Shown: positions 48,373 to 57,275 of the stretch, in pieces
How the letters are laid out: each line of letters begins with the position of its first letter
Position numbering within the stretch: the first letter of the stretch is position 1
NCBI GenBank assembly: GCA_002773535.1
Contig: PFAZ01000002.1
Span: 2,285 to 66,284, forward strand
DNA length: 64,000 nt
Source of the DNA: Candidatus Harrisonbacteria bacterium CG10_big_fil_rev_8_21_14_0_10_40_38
GTDB taxonomy: Bacteria > Patescibacteriota > Minisyncoccia > UBA6257 > 1-14-0-10-40-38
Reading direction: 5' to 3'
Notes under the pieces: generated by a model
What the model was told of the DNA's origin: nothing
Seen by the model: the letters and a program-made list of their open reading frames with translations, nothing else
Database searches by the model: none
Position numbers and translations under genes: made by a program

Positions 48373-51300
48373 TTAAAATCCTGCCACTTTTGCAAGTACC
48401 GCTACAAGCACGACCGCCCCGATAAGCACTATCGTAACAATTACAAGAGTTATGATTGGAGACTCGCCACTAGTTTGCTCAGCGCACGACATCGAGCAGA
48501 TTCCTCCACAATCAACACCATCTTCACCATCATCCTGAACTCCGTTATTACATGCATCCGGCTGAACACCGCAACTCTCATCAATTACACCATCACAATC
48601 ATTATCAAGATCATCACAAGAAGCCTCAATCCTCTGATATGTAGGGTTATTATCAATATATTTCTGATCAGAACATCCATGCCACACCCCATCATCACAA
48701 ACCTCAAACGTACCCGAGCAAACGCCACTTGTAAGAGGACATGATCTGGAGTCCCCCGTAACACATGGACACATTTCATCTACAACGCCGTCACAATTAT
48801 TATCGATAAGATCACAACTTTCACGAACCGCAGGGTTAATACCAGAATTATTGTCATCACAGTCATTGCCACCGGTTGATATAGAAGCATATCCATCCCT
48901 ATCAGCATCTATTCTCGGAGTCGGCGTAGGCGTTGGTCTAAATGACGAGGTTGGGGTTGGCGTACTTCCTGGTGGAAGTGGCGTTGAACTGAAAGTTGGT
49001 GTTGGTGTTGGTGTTGGTGTTGGCGTACTTCCTGGTGGAGGTGGCGTTGGTGTAGCTCCAGACGGCGTTGTAGCCGATGCTTCATTTGAATAAGCAGAAG
49101 TTCCTCCAGAATTATATGCAGCAACCCTATATGCATAAGTCGTACTCGGATTAACTGAAAAATCGTTATAAGCCCTCACGTCACTCTGATCTAATCGAAT
49201 AAGATCAGTAAACGAACCCGATCCAACTTTTCTCTGTATAAGAAACCCGGTTTCATTCGAAGAATTGTCATTCCAGTTGAGGGTTATCCTATTTGATGAA
49301 ACATTGCTTATATTAAGACCAGTCGGAGGTGCCGGAGGTGGAGGAGGAGTTGGGGTCGTTGTAGGTGACGGAGACTCACCACTCTCAACAGCAATATAAG
49401 AACCTCCCCCATCATTTCGAAAAACCAAAGTTCCATTTGAATAACTCTCAACAACACAAGCAGAACAGGTTTGACCGTTTTTCAAAACAGAAGGAGATAC
49501 GAAATTAATATTTTTTAAAGTTATTCTCGAAGGAAGAGAAAACTGGTATTGAACATTATTTGAAGAAATTGTAACCGACGAATCAAGATTTAACGCTTCA
49601 AACGACATACTGCCAAGAAATTCAATTTTCCCGTACTGGTTTTTTTCAAGCACCGCACCAGAAACATTTCTAATATTTCTCACAGTATTAAAATCAGTAG
49701 TCGCACCATCGAAGCCGGCATATGTCGGTAGTTTTACAAGCTCCAAAAAGTCCGCGCCCAAACTCGACACAGTCACACCTAAATTTGAAGTATTTAGAAT
49801 TCCCGCAACCTGAAAATCATTATTTCCCAAAACCTTATATGCGCCATATGCGCCAGACTGAAGCCTCAACTCTCCTCTGTCGACAGTTACGTTAATAGAT
49901 TTCGAGCTATCAGTATAATTTGCAAGATAAATACCAGAAGTATTATCAGATGCAAGCCACGAAGACGCAAAAACATCCGGTACCTTAACTCTAAAAGTCT
50001 GGCCCGTTTTATCCTTTAAAGTAACGGTTCTTACACTCGCAGTTGTCCTAGGTGGGCGCATCATTCGTCCGTATATTAGAAACTTCGAAGCATTCCATCT
50101 ATTGAAAATAAGCTTCTTCAAATACTGAGTATGCGCAACAATTTTCTCTGCCAAAACTCTAAGCGCTGGATCAGATCCAAAACATTCATCACTATCCAAC
50201 TCATAATTCATACAGTTTTTATTATCAACAGTGACATCAAAAGCAGCTTCCTGTGTATTTATGATTTTCCCATAAACAGCTCCCGGTGTAACCCAAAGAT
50301 TATAGTTTGGAATAGATTCTGTAACTCTTAAGTAATTTGATTCAGGGCTAGCGCCGTAGAGCGGAACATAATCATGATATATAGACTCAAAAAGTGGCAC
50401 TGCGTAAAAAGAAGTATGATTATCCATCGAAGCGCTTCCACCCACCCAACTTACATGTCCATAAGAACCGGCTGTTGAAGTTACCGGAATATATCCTTCG
50501 TTTGCTCTTTCGTAAAATTCGACGAAATTTGATCTTATAGTGCGCGCCGCGCGCCTAACAACATCAAAAAGGTTGTAATAACCCTGCATAATAAAATTAC
50601 CCCCAACACCAGTATTGTGGTTACTATGCGCGTAATCACCCGTATAATACGCAAACGGATCATCATAATATATTCCAGTTGCGCCCATCTGATTTAAAAT
50701 ACGATCTTTTACGATTGTCTGAGCATATGCCTGTTGCCAACTACCTTGAGTCGGATCCATAACAACCGCATTAGCATGACCAAGAACATATGTTGCACCA
50801 TTAAATTTTTTCATCGCTGCAGAACTCAGATTATAAGTAGACCAATACGGCGCCGTATCACTTACTCCTTGAGAAAATGTATACAAAATAACCCTTATCC
50901 CATTTTGCTCAAGCCTCTGCACAACATTTTTTAAACCAGGTTTTCGTTCTGTGTAATTGTAATTATTATTCAAATCAGTCCAAGCAAAGTAACTGACTGC
51001 CATCTTGCCATCAGGAATTCCATAATAATTTTTTGCCCTAACCATACCCGCAACGTATTCATCAACTTGAGTTGGATTCGTAAAATCCCACTGAGTTGGA
51101 TCCATCAAAAACAAAACATGTTCCTTCCACCAAGTCGGAATATCTGATCTATTTTGGACAAAACCACTTTTCATCGTTCCCGCTGAACCATTACTCTGCA
51201 TCCAAGCCCTGTATTGTTGACCCGCATCATACCAATCCCCCTCGAAAACACCCACAACCATCGAGTATTCAGAGCTATATGATTGAGAAGGCAAATGATC

Positions 51301-52188
51301 ATTTGGAACTGCATAGTAATGAGAAACCAGATAAGTAGACCCGCTACAATTTTGCGGAGTCGTACCAACACAGTTTAAAATCCTCTTTTTAAAATAAAGC
51401 GTGGAAGCATCATCATATGTAAGATAAATACCACTTCCGTTTGAGCGGTAATATGGAAAAAGCTGCAGTCCCTTTGTTAAAGCAAACCTATTATCAGGAA
51501 ACCCATTACTATCCACATCCAAAGGTAAATTAACTTCAGGATTCTCAATGATTGTGCCCGCTCCAAGATTCGGGTCGACTTGATAACTCGTAAGGGAAAA
51601 ATCACGAGAAAAAGGCAATGTTATTTCCACCTCCCTCACCGCATAATCAACAAATGTATAACTGGTAGATACATCCCACTTAGAATTTTTTGAACTATTA
51701 GGCAAGTCAACAATTAAATTAAGATCCACTCCTCCAGCTCCCGGAACTTGGCACGATTTATATGAAAAAGTAAGTTTCTGGCCACCAGAAGTCGGAACCA
51801 ATGAATTGGTAAGAGACTGACAAGATAAATCATTTAACGCATATTCTTTTTGATCATACGTACCAGTCACTCTAAAAGTAGCCAAATTATTCACCGTAAT
51901 CCTAAGAAAATCGTATTCAGCAAAAGAAAACGGATACCCGGTACTTTTGTTTAATATAGATGTTAGAAATAAATCAGTCCCCCTTTTTAAAAATGAGAAC
52001 TTAGCATAACTATTCTCAAAAACAATCGTTTCTGGAATTATTTGCGCGCGAGAATAAATTGGAAAAAAAATGCCAATTGAAAATAAAATCAGAAAAACCG
52101 AAAAAAAGAACTTACGCATATTCAATACAAATGATAACAAGAAAAATGTATTTAATCCAAAACAAAACAAGAAAAAGCCACAATCCAT
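48373..52188 (-). CDS. Giant cell-surface protein: signal peptide, ~900-aa N-terminal domain (possibly glycoside-hydrolase-like), FN3 domain, Pro/Thr linker, Cys-rich Asp-box repeats, C-terminal TM anchor
   Basis: 1271 aa in the track; the likely start is MRKFFFSVFLILFSIG at 52119. FN3: ...ITLNWNDNSSNETGFLIQRKVGSGSF...YAYRVAAYNSGG...; PTPTPTPTPT linker; repeats of the form CDDNNSGINPAVRESCDLIDNNCDGVVDE; C-terminal IITLVIVTIVLIGAVVLVAVLAKVAGF. Confidence 0.6.
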   Translation of the reverse strand: MDCGFFLFCFGLNTFFLLSFVLNMRKFFFSVFLILFSIGIFFPIYSRAQIIPETIVFENSYAKFSFLKRGTDLFLTSILNKSTGYPFSFAEYDFLRITVNNLATFRVTGTYDQKEYALNDLSCQSLTNSLVPTSGGQKLTFSYKSCQVPGAGGVDLNLIVDLPNSSKNSKWDVSTSYTFVDYAVREVEITLPFSRDFSLTSYQVDPNLGAGTIIENPEVNLPLDVDSNGFPDNRFALTKGLQLFPYYRSNGSGIYLTYDDASTLYFKKRILNCVGTTPQNCSGSTYLVSHYYAVPNDHLPSQSYSSEYSMVVGVFEGDWYDAGQQYRAWMQSNGSAGTMKSGFVQNRSDIPTWWKEHVLFLMDPTQWDFTNPTQVDEYVAGMVRAKNYYGIPDGKMAVSYFAWTDLNNNYNYTERKPGLKNVVQRLEQNGIRVILYTFSQGVSDTAPYWSTYNLSSAAMKKFNGATYVLGHANAVVMDPTQGSWQQAYAQTIVKDRILNQMGATGIYYDDPFAYYTGDYAHSNHNTGVGGNFIMQGYYNLFDVVRRAARTIRSNFVEFYERANEGYIPVTSTAGSYGHVSWVGGSASMDNHTSFYAVPLFESIYHDYVPLYGASPESNYLRVTESIPNYNLWVTPGAVYGKIINTQEAAFDVTVDNKNCMNYELDSDECFGSDPALRVLAEKIVAHTQYLKKLIFNRWNASKFLIYGRMMRPPRTTASVRTVTLKDKTGQTFRVKVPDVFASSWLASDNTSGIYLANYTDSSKSINVTVDRGELRLQSGAYGAYKVLGNNDFQVAGILNTSNLGVTVSSLGADFLELVKLPTYAGFDGATTDFNTVRNIRNVSGAVLEKNQYGKIEFLGSMSFEALNLDSSVTISSNNVQYQFSLPSRITLKNINFVSPSVLKNGQTCSACVVESYSNGTLVFRNDGGGSYIAVESGESPSPTTTPTPPPPPAPPTGLNISNVSSNRITLNWNDNSSNETGFLIQRKVGSGSFTDLIRLDQSDVRAYNDFSVNPSTTYAYRVAAYNSGGTSAYSNEASATTPSGATPTPPPPGSTPTPTPTPTPTFSSTPLPPGSTPTPTSSFRPTPTPTPRIDADRDGYASISTGGNDCDDNNSGINPAVRESCDLIDNNCDGVVDEMCPCVTGDSRSCPLTSGVCSGTFEVCDDGVWHGCSDQKYIDNNPTYQRIEASCDDLDNDCDGVIDESCGVQPDACNNGVQDDGEDGVDCGGICSMSCAEQTSGESPIITLVIVTIVLIGAVVLVAVLAKVAGF

Positions 52189-52193
52189 AGGTC

Positions 52194-52682
52194 ATGGATT
52201 TTAAATTCACAAAATCGTACAATTTATTTCATACAAATAATATGGAAATAGAAAAAGAGATAATTATGACAACTGAAGAAAATTCCTATAAGAGCATGCT
52301 ATCGGCAAAAAATAAACGCGAAATCATTGTATACACCATTGTTGGTTTTGGTGGCGCTATATTAGACTTTTTAATTTTCTATTCACTTATATACGCCAAA
52401 ACTCCGATAATTATCGCCCAATGGTTCGGCGCAAGCGCCGGATTTATTCACAACCATCTTTGGCACCATTATAAAGTATTCACTCATTCAAAAAAGTTTG
52501 GGTTTACCACTACGACATCAGGAACAGCCGCTGTCATTGGAGTTATTTTATCTGGCCCAATGCTCGCCGCACTCGAAAGCATTATCCCAAACCTATTTAT
52601 TAATAAAATAATAATTGTTGGGATAATAACTATCCTACTCTTTATTATAAGAAAAAAATGGATATTTACCTCTTCGAAGTAG
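52194..52682 (+). CDS. GtrA-family membrane protein (polysaccharide synthesis/translocation accessory)
   Basis: 4 TM; ...YTIVGFGGAILDFLIFYSL... The real start is probably the internal Met at 52266. Confidence 0.65.
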   Translation: MDFKFTKSYNLFHTNNMEIEKEIIMTTEENSYKSMLSAKNKREIIVYTIVGFGGAILDFLIFYSLIYAKTPIIIAQWFGASAGFIHNHLWHHYKVFTHSKKFGFTTTTSGTAAVIGVILSGPMLAALESIIPNLFINKIIIVGIITILLFIIRKKWIFTSSK

Positions 52683-53430
52683 AAGAATAAACGCCACGCA
52701 AATTATTTATTCTAATTTTTATAAGGTCACGCATTATCGCAAAAGCCGTTGAAAAAAATTTCAATTTTGTATCCTTATCATTTCGCCAAATAACAGGAAT
52801 CTGTTTTACGCTGTAGCCTAATTTTTTCGCAAGATACAAAACCTCTACATCAAAACTCCAACCATATATAGTAGTTCTGCTAAAAATATTTCTTGCCGCC
52901 TCACGAGAAAACATCTTAAAACCGCATTGTGTATCAGATATTCCTCTAAAAACAAGCATCTGAACAACAAAATTAAAAAACTTACCAGCATACTCCCTAT
53001 ACAAAGGCTGTCTGACTTCTATTTCGCTTCCGCTAATCGCCCTTGAACCTATCACAATATCCGCAGGTAAAACGTCATAAAATTTTTTAAACTCTTCAAT
53101 TGGGGTCGAGTTGTCTGCATCCGTCATAAGAACATAATCATTCTTCGCCATAAGCATACCCCTCCTCACCGCATAACCCTTTCCCCTGTTTGGCTCGCCG
53201 GTCGCAATTATTATGTGAGCGTCACCAATATTTTTTACGACATCCACTGTATCGTCTTTTGAACCGTCATCTACAACAATAATTTCATATTCAAGATTGA
53301 GACCGGAAAGAAAACCGATAGCAACACGAAGAGTCGGCTCAATTCTTTTAGCCTCATTATACGCAGGAACAACAATTGAAATCGAAAATCGAGCGCTTTG
53401 CATATCACAGAGTAGAATACTACGAAACAT
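52666..53430 (-). CDS. Family 2 glycosyltransferase (polyprenyl-phosphate sugar transferase, GtrB/DPM1-like)
   Basis: ...IVVPAYNEAKRIEPTL...IIVVDDGSKDDT...DADNS... Confidence 0.85.
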   Translation of the reverse strand: MFRSILLCDMQSARFSISIVVPAYNEAKRIEPTLRVAIGFLSGLNLEYEIIVVDDGSKDDTVDVVKNIGDAHIIIATGEPNRGKGYAVRRGMLMAKNDYVLMTDADNSTPIEEFKKFYDVLPADIVIGSRAISGSEIEVRQPLYREYAGKFFNFVVQMLVFRGISDTQCGFKMFSREAARNIFSRTTIYGWSFDVEVLYLAKKLGYSVKQIPVIWRNDKDTKLKFFSTAFAIMRDLIKIRINNLRGVYSSTSKR

Positions 53431-53555
53431 ATCTTTTTCTCAACTGAATTAATAAAAAAATATTTTCAAAGTTATTCACAGATAAACGAAAAAAAATATC
53501 GTCTAACATATTTTATTGTTGTATAGTAAGAAAGCGAACAGAAGATCGCGAACAA

Positions 53556-53670
53556 AAATTTTTTTGAAAAAATTTTTTTTGAAAACTCAGTAGCAGAAAA
53601 CGCACAGCCAAAATTTTTTTAAAAATTTTTTTTGCACAAAGGTCGGCACACAGAATTTTTTTAAAATAAA
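53556..53670 (+). repeat. Array of alternating A5-8 / T7-8 tracts upstream of the basic-protein gene
   Basis: gaacA5T7gA6T8g...gccA4T7A5T8g...agA2T7A4...; at least four A-tract/T-tract palindromic units within ~115 nt. Confidence 0.6.
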
Positions 53671-53856
53671 ATGAAGAAAAGAAAAAAAGCAGCGGCAAAG
53701 AAAACAACTAAAAAGAGGACAGTAAAGCGCAGAGTCGCAAAGAAAACAACTAAGAAGAAAACAACGAAACGCCGAACAGCGAAAAAGACCACGAAACGTA
53801 AACCAGCAAAGAAAACAACGAAACGCCGAACAACAAAGCGCCGAAAGAAAAAATAG
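53671..53856 (+). CDS. Small, highly basic Lys/Arg/Thr-repeat protein (histone H1-like / Hc-like candidate nucleoid protein)
   Basis: 61 aa: MKKRKKAAAKKTTKKRTVKRRVAKKTTKKKTTKRRTAKKTTKRKPAKKTTKRRTTKRRKKK; about seven copies of the KKTTK(R/K)R unit. Confidence 0.55.
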   Translation: MKKRKKAAAKKTTKKRTVKRRVAKKTTKKKTTKRRTAKKTTKRKPAKKTTKRRTTKRRKKK

Positions 53857-53872
53857 ATTTTAAAACAAAAAG

Positions 53873-53903
53873 AAAACCCTTACGACAAGGGTTTTCTTTT
53901 TTT
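53873..53903 (+). terminator. Bidirectional intrinsic terminator
   Basis: AAAACCCT-TACGACA-AGGGTTTT followed by CTTTTTTT; there is an A-run on the other side for the convergent Nudix gene. Confidence 0.6.
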
Positions 53904-54350
53904 CATAAGTGAAATAATTTCCTCTACCAAGTAAGAAAGTGATCTAGGAAGATTATCTAAATCAAACCACCTCGCTTCGCGAATCTCAATAGGATCAATA
54001 ATAAAATTATTATTCTCAACTTTAGAATAAAAACAATAAATCATATCACGCTTATACTCCCTCCTATTTTCCAAAAATCCAATCTCCTCAATATTATTTA
54101 ATTTTATTCCAACTTCTTCAAAACACTCTCGCTCTGCAGCATCTTTAAACGACTCATCATTTTTTACGCCACCACCGGGAAAAGTCCACATACCACGACC
54201 ATAATTATTTCTAATAAACAAATACTTGCCATCATTCTCGATAACACATTTAACACCTCGGGTTTTTGGACGAAAAACAAACCAATATACCCTCACAAAA
54301 GGTAAAATTAGCTTGAAAAAATTTCTAACAAATAATCTCTTAGCTTTCAT
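53880..54350 (-). CDS. NUDIX hydrolase
   Basis: Nudix box GGGVKNDESFKDAAERECFEEVGI. Confidence 0.85.
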   Translation of the reverse strand: MKAKRLFVRNFFKLILPFVRVYWFVFRPKTRGVKCVIENDGKYLFIRNNYGRGMWTFPGGGVKNDESFKDAAERECFEEVGIKLNNIEEIGFLENRREYKRDMIYCFYSKVENNNFIIDPIEIREARWFDLDNLPRSLSYLVEEIISLMKKRKPLS

Positions 54351-54855
54351 TATTTTCTATAGACATTTTGACTTGTTTTAAAATTCCGTACTCCCTCCAA
54401 ATAAGCCAAAGAATAAATATATCAACAAAAATTATAAAAACTAAAAAAAGGGAATGCGTGTGAATGACCCTAAATATCTCATAAAGCGTAAAAAATCCCA
54501 CGAACACAAATGCAGCAGGATACGCCCAAAGTTTATATCGCAAAATATTTACTGAAAGAAAAACATCAGCTGCGCCCCACACCAAAAGATAATAAGCAAT
54601 AAAAGCAACCGAATTTAAAGGTACGTGAGAAAACAAAAGCCCAAGTGAACGGATAAAAAGATCATTTGGGTCTTCAATAAGTTCTCCTCTGGAAATAACC
54701 TTAAATAATGACGGCAGGTCAGAAGAAGCAACCATAAGAAGAGCGACACCAGCAGAAAATTTTAACGAACCATAAAAAACCCGCCACCACATTCCAATAC
54801 GAAAGAAAAGCGAAAATGTTCTCGTTTCTGCTTGCATATTAATACATGCAAGCAT
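54340..54855 (-). CDS. Hypothetical integral membrane protein
   Basis: Multi-TM. The track ORF (to 54966) overlaps tRNA-Ala, so the start is placed at an internal Met (MLACINMQ...). Confidence 0.45.
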   Translation of the reverse strand: MLACINMQAETRTFSLFFRIGMWWRVFYGSLKFSAGVALLMVASSDLPSLFKVISRGELIEDPNDLFIRSLGLLFSHVPLNSVAFIAYYLLVWGAADVFLSVNILRYKLWAYPAAFVFVGFFTLYEIFRVIHTHSLFLVFIIFVDIFILWLIWREYGILKQVKMSIENNES

Positions 54856-54893
54856 ACACAAGAAACACAAAAAATCATATAAAAATATCTCCG

Positions 54894-54964
54894 TGGACCT
54901 AGGCAGAATCGAACTGCCGTCTCGACAATGCGAATGTCGCGTCTTACCACTAGACGATAGGCCC
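54894..54964 (-). tRNA. tRNA-Ala (anticodon CGC)
   Basis: Hand-folded. Acceptor GGGCCTA/TAGGTCC with the G3:U70 Ala identity pair and A73; D-stem GTCT/AGAC; anticodon stem CGACA/TGTCG; loop UUCGCAU; T-arm GGCAG-TTCGATT-CTGCC. No encoded CCA. Confidence 0.8.
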
Positions 54965-55040
54965 AAAATTAACTAGCCAGAACTTTTATTGTAATACCCC
55001 TGTCCGCCTACGCTTTTCTGGAGCGTATCGGAACTTTACT

Positions 55041-55580
55041 ATGGGCCCTAAATATCTAGCTCATATACTACCCCACCCTGCAAAACATTGGCAACAAAAT
55101 GATAAAATAAAAACAATGAAAAACAAAAAACTTGTTGTAGAAATTATCCCACTAAAAACCCACCTCGCCCTTATCAAAAACGCCGTCGGCGCAAAACTCT
55201 TCAGAAATATTTACGCGCGTGTAAACGGAAAGCAAAAAGATATTCTTGAAAATGGTTTTCTTTCTTGCGCATTTTTTGTTTCAAGTATTTTAAAAATTGA
55301 AGACTTAATAGAAAAAACTCACGCTACCGTTGACGGCACAGTTAAAGACTTGGAAAAATTTGGCTGGAAAGAAATCAAAAAGCCAAAAATAGGATCTGTT
55401 CTGGTTTGGGAAAAATCAGATTTTGGCGGCGGCAAACCAACAAAACACATCGGTTTCTTTGTTGGAAAAAATCAGGCAATAAGCAACAGTTCAAAAATGG
55501 GATATCCCAAAAAACATCATTACACCTACAACGGGAAAAGAGAAATAGAAAAAATCCTCCACTACGAAAATCTAAAATAA
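55041..55580 (+). CDS. NlpC/P60-like papain-fold protein (putative)
   Basis: Cys in NGFLSCAFFVSSIL and His in KHIGFFVGKN, with P60-like spacing; no signal peptide. The likely start is MKNKKL at 55116. Confidence 0.35.
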   Translation: MGPKYLAHILPHPAKHWQQNDKIKTMKNKKLVVEIIPLKTHLALIKNAVGAKLFRNIYARVNGKQKDILENGFLSCAFFVSSILKIEDLIEKTHATVDGTVKDLEKFGWKEIKKPKIGSVLVWEKSDFGGGKPTKHIGFFVGKNQAISNSSKMGYPKKHHYTYNGKREIEKILHYENLK

Positions 55581-55582
55581 AA

Positions 55583-55607
55583 AAGAGCGGCACTTGTAGC
55601 CGCTCTT
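55583..55607 (-). terminator. Intrinsic terminator (mainly for the minus strand)
   Basis: AAGAGCGGC-ACTTGTA-GCCGCTCTT; a U-run follows on the minus strand (TAAAATAAAA on the plus strand). Confidence 0.5.
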
Positions 55608-55631
55608 GCTTCCTCTGAAAACTAATCCTCC

Positions 55632-55853
55632 TTATTTTTTGAGACCCGAAAGCATTATCCGAAAGCCAAAAATGATGCCAATAATCGCAACCACCGGCTT
55701 GAAAACCGGACCGATCACCGACTCGAAAATCTGGCCGAGGACATACATGACACATGAGAACATCTGTCCGACTGTCCTCTGCAAAATCGCAGGGTCATGC
55801 TCCACAGCTTTTACCAAAACAAAAATCACAATCGCAAGGACAACAATCTTCAC
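55632..55853 (-). CDS. Small membrane protein (hypothetical)
   Basis: 73 aa, 2 TM; the start overlaps the upstream ORF's stop (ATGA). Confidence 0.3.
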   Translation of the reverse strand: MKIVVLAIVIFVLVKAVEHDPAILQRTVGQMFSCVMYVLGQIFESVIGPVFKPVVAIIGIIFGFRIMLSGLKK

Positions 55854-56077
55854 TTCTTCTTCCTCCTTAGCTGTTCAATGAGACAGGATACTAGACCCAC
55901 TGCATTCGAGATGCAAACAATGAGCAACGCGACTAGGACCATAAAAGCCTTAAATGGCCTCGCGTCACGAACGTGCCTTGCAAAACGCTTCAATAAGCTT
56001 TTGAGCCCTTCACTCACATCTATGCCCTCCAAATCGAAGAACTTAATATAGTATACAATATTTAATAAAAAAATCAA
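55850..56077 (-). CDS. Small membrane protein (hypothetical)
   Basis: 75 aa; the start region overlaps a terminator hairpin, so the call is uncertain. Confidence 0.25.
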   Translation of the reverse strand: MIFLLNIVYYIKFFDLEGIDVSEGLKSLLKRFARHVRDARPFKAFMVLVALLIVCISNAVGLVSCLIEQLRRKKK

Positions 56078-56099
56078 GCCCTACATGTGTGGGCTTGAT
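56061..56099 (-). terminator. Intrinsic terminator after the sigma/anti-sigma operon
   Basis: AATCAAGCCC-TACATGTGT-GGGCTTGATT, a perfect 10-bp stem with TTTTTTTATT following on the minus strand. Confidence 0.6.
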
Positions 56100-56113
56100 T
56101 CTTATTCTGATTT

Positions 56114-57271
56114 CTACAAATCCAAATTCAGTTTTACGCTACCTTCCAGTGAATTGTTTTTATCTGTTCCCTCGTTTTCTGATTCCCTTCTTCCAGAATG
56201 GTCATCTTGAGATTCATCTTCCAACTCAAATTCCATTTCATCATCATCGTCATTTTTTGATTTTAATGATGAGGGGCTCTCACTTGGCATTGGAGAATTT
56301 TTTTCGCCAATCCTCACATGAGCATTTGCAAGAACTCTCGCCTCTTGAGCTAACCTTATAGCTTTATTTCCAAGATTAAACGCCTGCCCAAAATTTCCTG
56401 CATCTAAATTTGTTTTTGCGTCAAAAAGTGCATCAGCAGCAGCTTTAATACGTATTGAGACATCGTCACGCGTTTTTTCATCAAGCAAATCATTATTTTT
56501 TTCTATATAATTTTTTGCTGAAGAGATAGCATTTTCTGCCGCCCCAATTTTACCCTTCGCCGCCTGTTCTGATTCGGTTTTAGACTCTGATGTTACACGA
56601 CCCTCAAGCTTACTTCTGGTACCTATAACATCTTCCAAGTCATTACTTACTTTAAGTGAAACAGAATTTATTCTCTCATCAGAATCATCAAAATTTTTAA
56701 TAATCCTGTCATGTGCCTTCAAAACACCTTCCAATCCAGATACCACCCCTAAAGCAGCATGAACATTTTCATCTGCTTCAAATTTACCGATAAGTGTATT
56801 TAGTTTTTCAATCTGAATATCAAAACGCCCTTCCACTTCAGATTTCGTTTCCGAATTAAGCTCCCCCTTGTTTACAAGTTCCTCAAACTCCTGCAGTCTT
56901 TTACTCGCAATTTGAGTTGCGTAATCAGCCTTTCCTTCTTCTGAAAAGTGAAGTAAAGTTCCAACTTTTTCATTTACCCCGACTTTTACAGGATAAAGAA
57001 TATCTCCTGGAATTGTGTTTTCTGCCGCGAAACTGGTTCCGCCGCCTAGCGCTGCAATAAGCGCAATTACAACTAATATATTCATAGGTTTTGTAAATAT
57101 TTTAAGATTAATAATTGACCCTTTAATTTGATGACGTTTAAAAGAAGAAATTCTTTCACCATTGTTCTTCAAAATATTTTCTAAAAGATTATGCCTGATT
57201 TCTGCTTTTCTATCCAAATCAAGCTTAACAGCTTTCATAGAATTATTCAGTTTTTCTAAAAAATTATCCAT
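56114..57271 (-). CDS. Putative anti-sigma factor: short cytoplasmic N-domain, one TM, large extracytoplasmic domain (DUF5667-like), acidic tail
   Basis: 385 aa; lies immediately downstream of the ECF sigma gene with a 4-nt gap; TM ILVVIALIAALGG. Confidence 0.55.
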   Translation of the reverse strand: MDNFLEKLNNSMKAVKLDLDRKAEIRHNLLENILKNNGERISSFKRHQIKGSIINLKIFTKPMNILVVIALIAALGGGTSFAAENTIPGDILYPVKVGVNEKVGTLLHFSEEGKADYATQIASKRLQEFEELVNKGELNSETKSEVEGRFDIQIEKLNTLIGKFEADENVHAALGVVSGLEGVLKAHDRIIKNFDDSDERINSVSLKVSNDLEDVIGTRSKLEGRVTSESKTESEQAAKGKIGAAENAISSAKNYIEKNNDLLDEKTRDDVSIRIKAAADALFDAKTNLDAGNFGQAFNLGNKAIRLAQEARVLANAHVRIGEKNSPMPSESPSSLKSKNDDDDEMEFELEDESQDDHSGRRESENEGTDKNNSLEGSVKLNLDL

Positions 57272-57275
57272 AGTA

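Noticed and set aside
48851-49136. ORFs encoding poly-(Val-Gly) and His/Gln-rich peptides
   Set aside because: They are out-of-frame or antisense translations of the Pro/Thr-linker (PTPTPT) coding region of the giant surface protein.
53513-53707. 64-aa minus-strand ORF across the A/T-tract array
   Set aside because: It is made of poly-Phe/Lys codons generated by the A/T tracts (FFFSSFYFKKILCADLCAKKIF...). It overlaps the start of the basic-protein gene. It is an artefact of low-complexity sequence.
54856-54966. N-terminal 37 codons of track ORF 54340..54966
   Set aside because: This stretch overlaps a cleanly folding tRNA-Ala(CGC) on the same strand, so the CDS start was moved to an internal Met.
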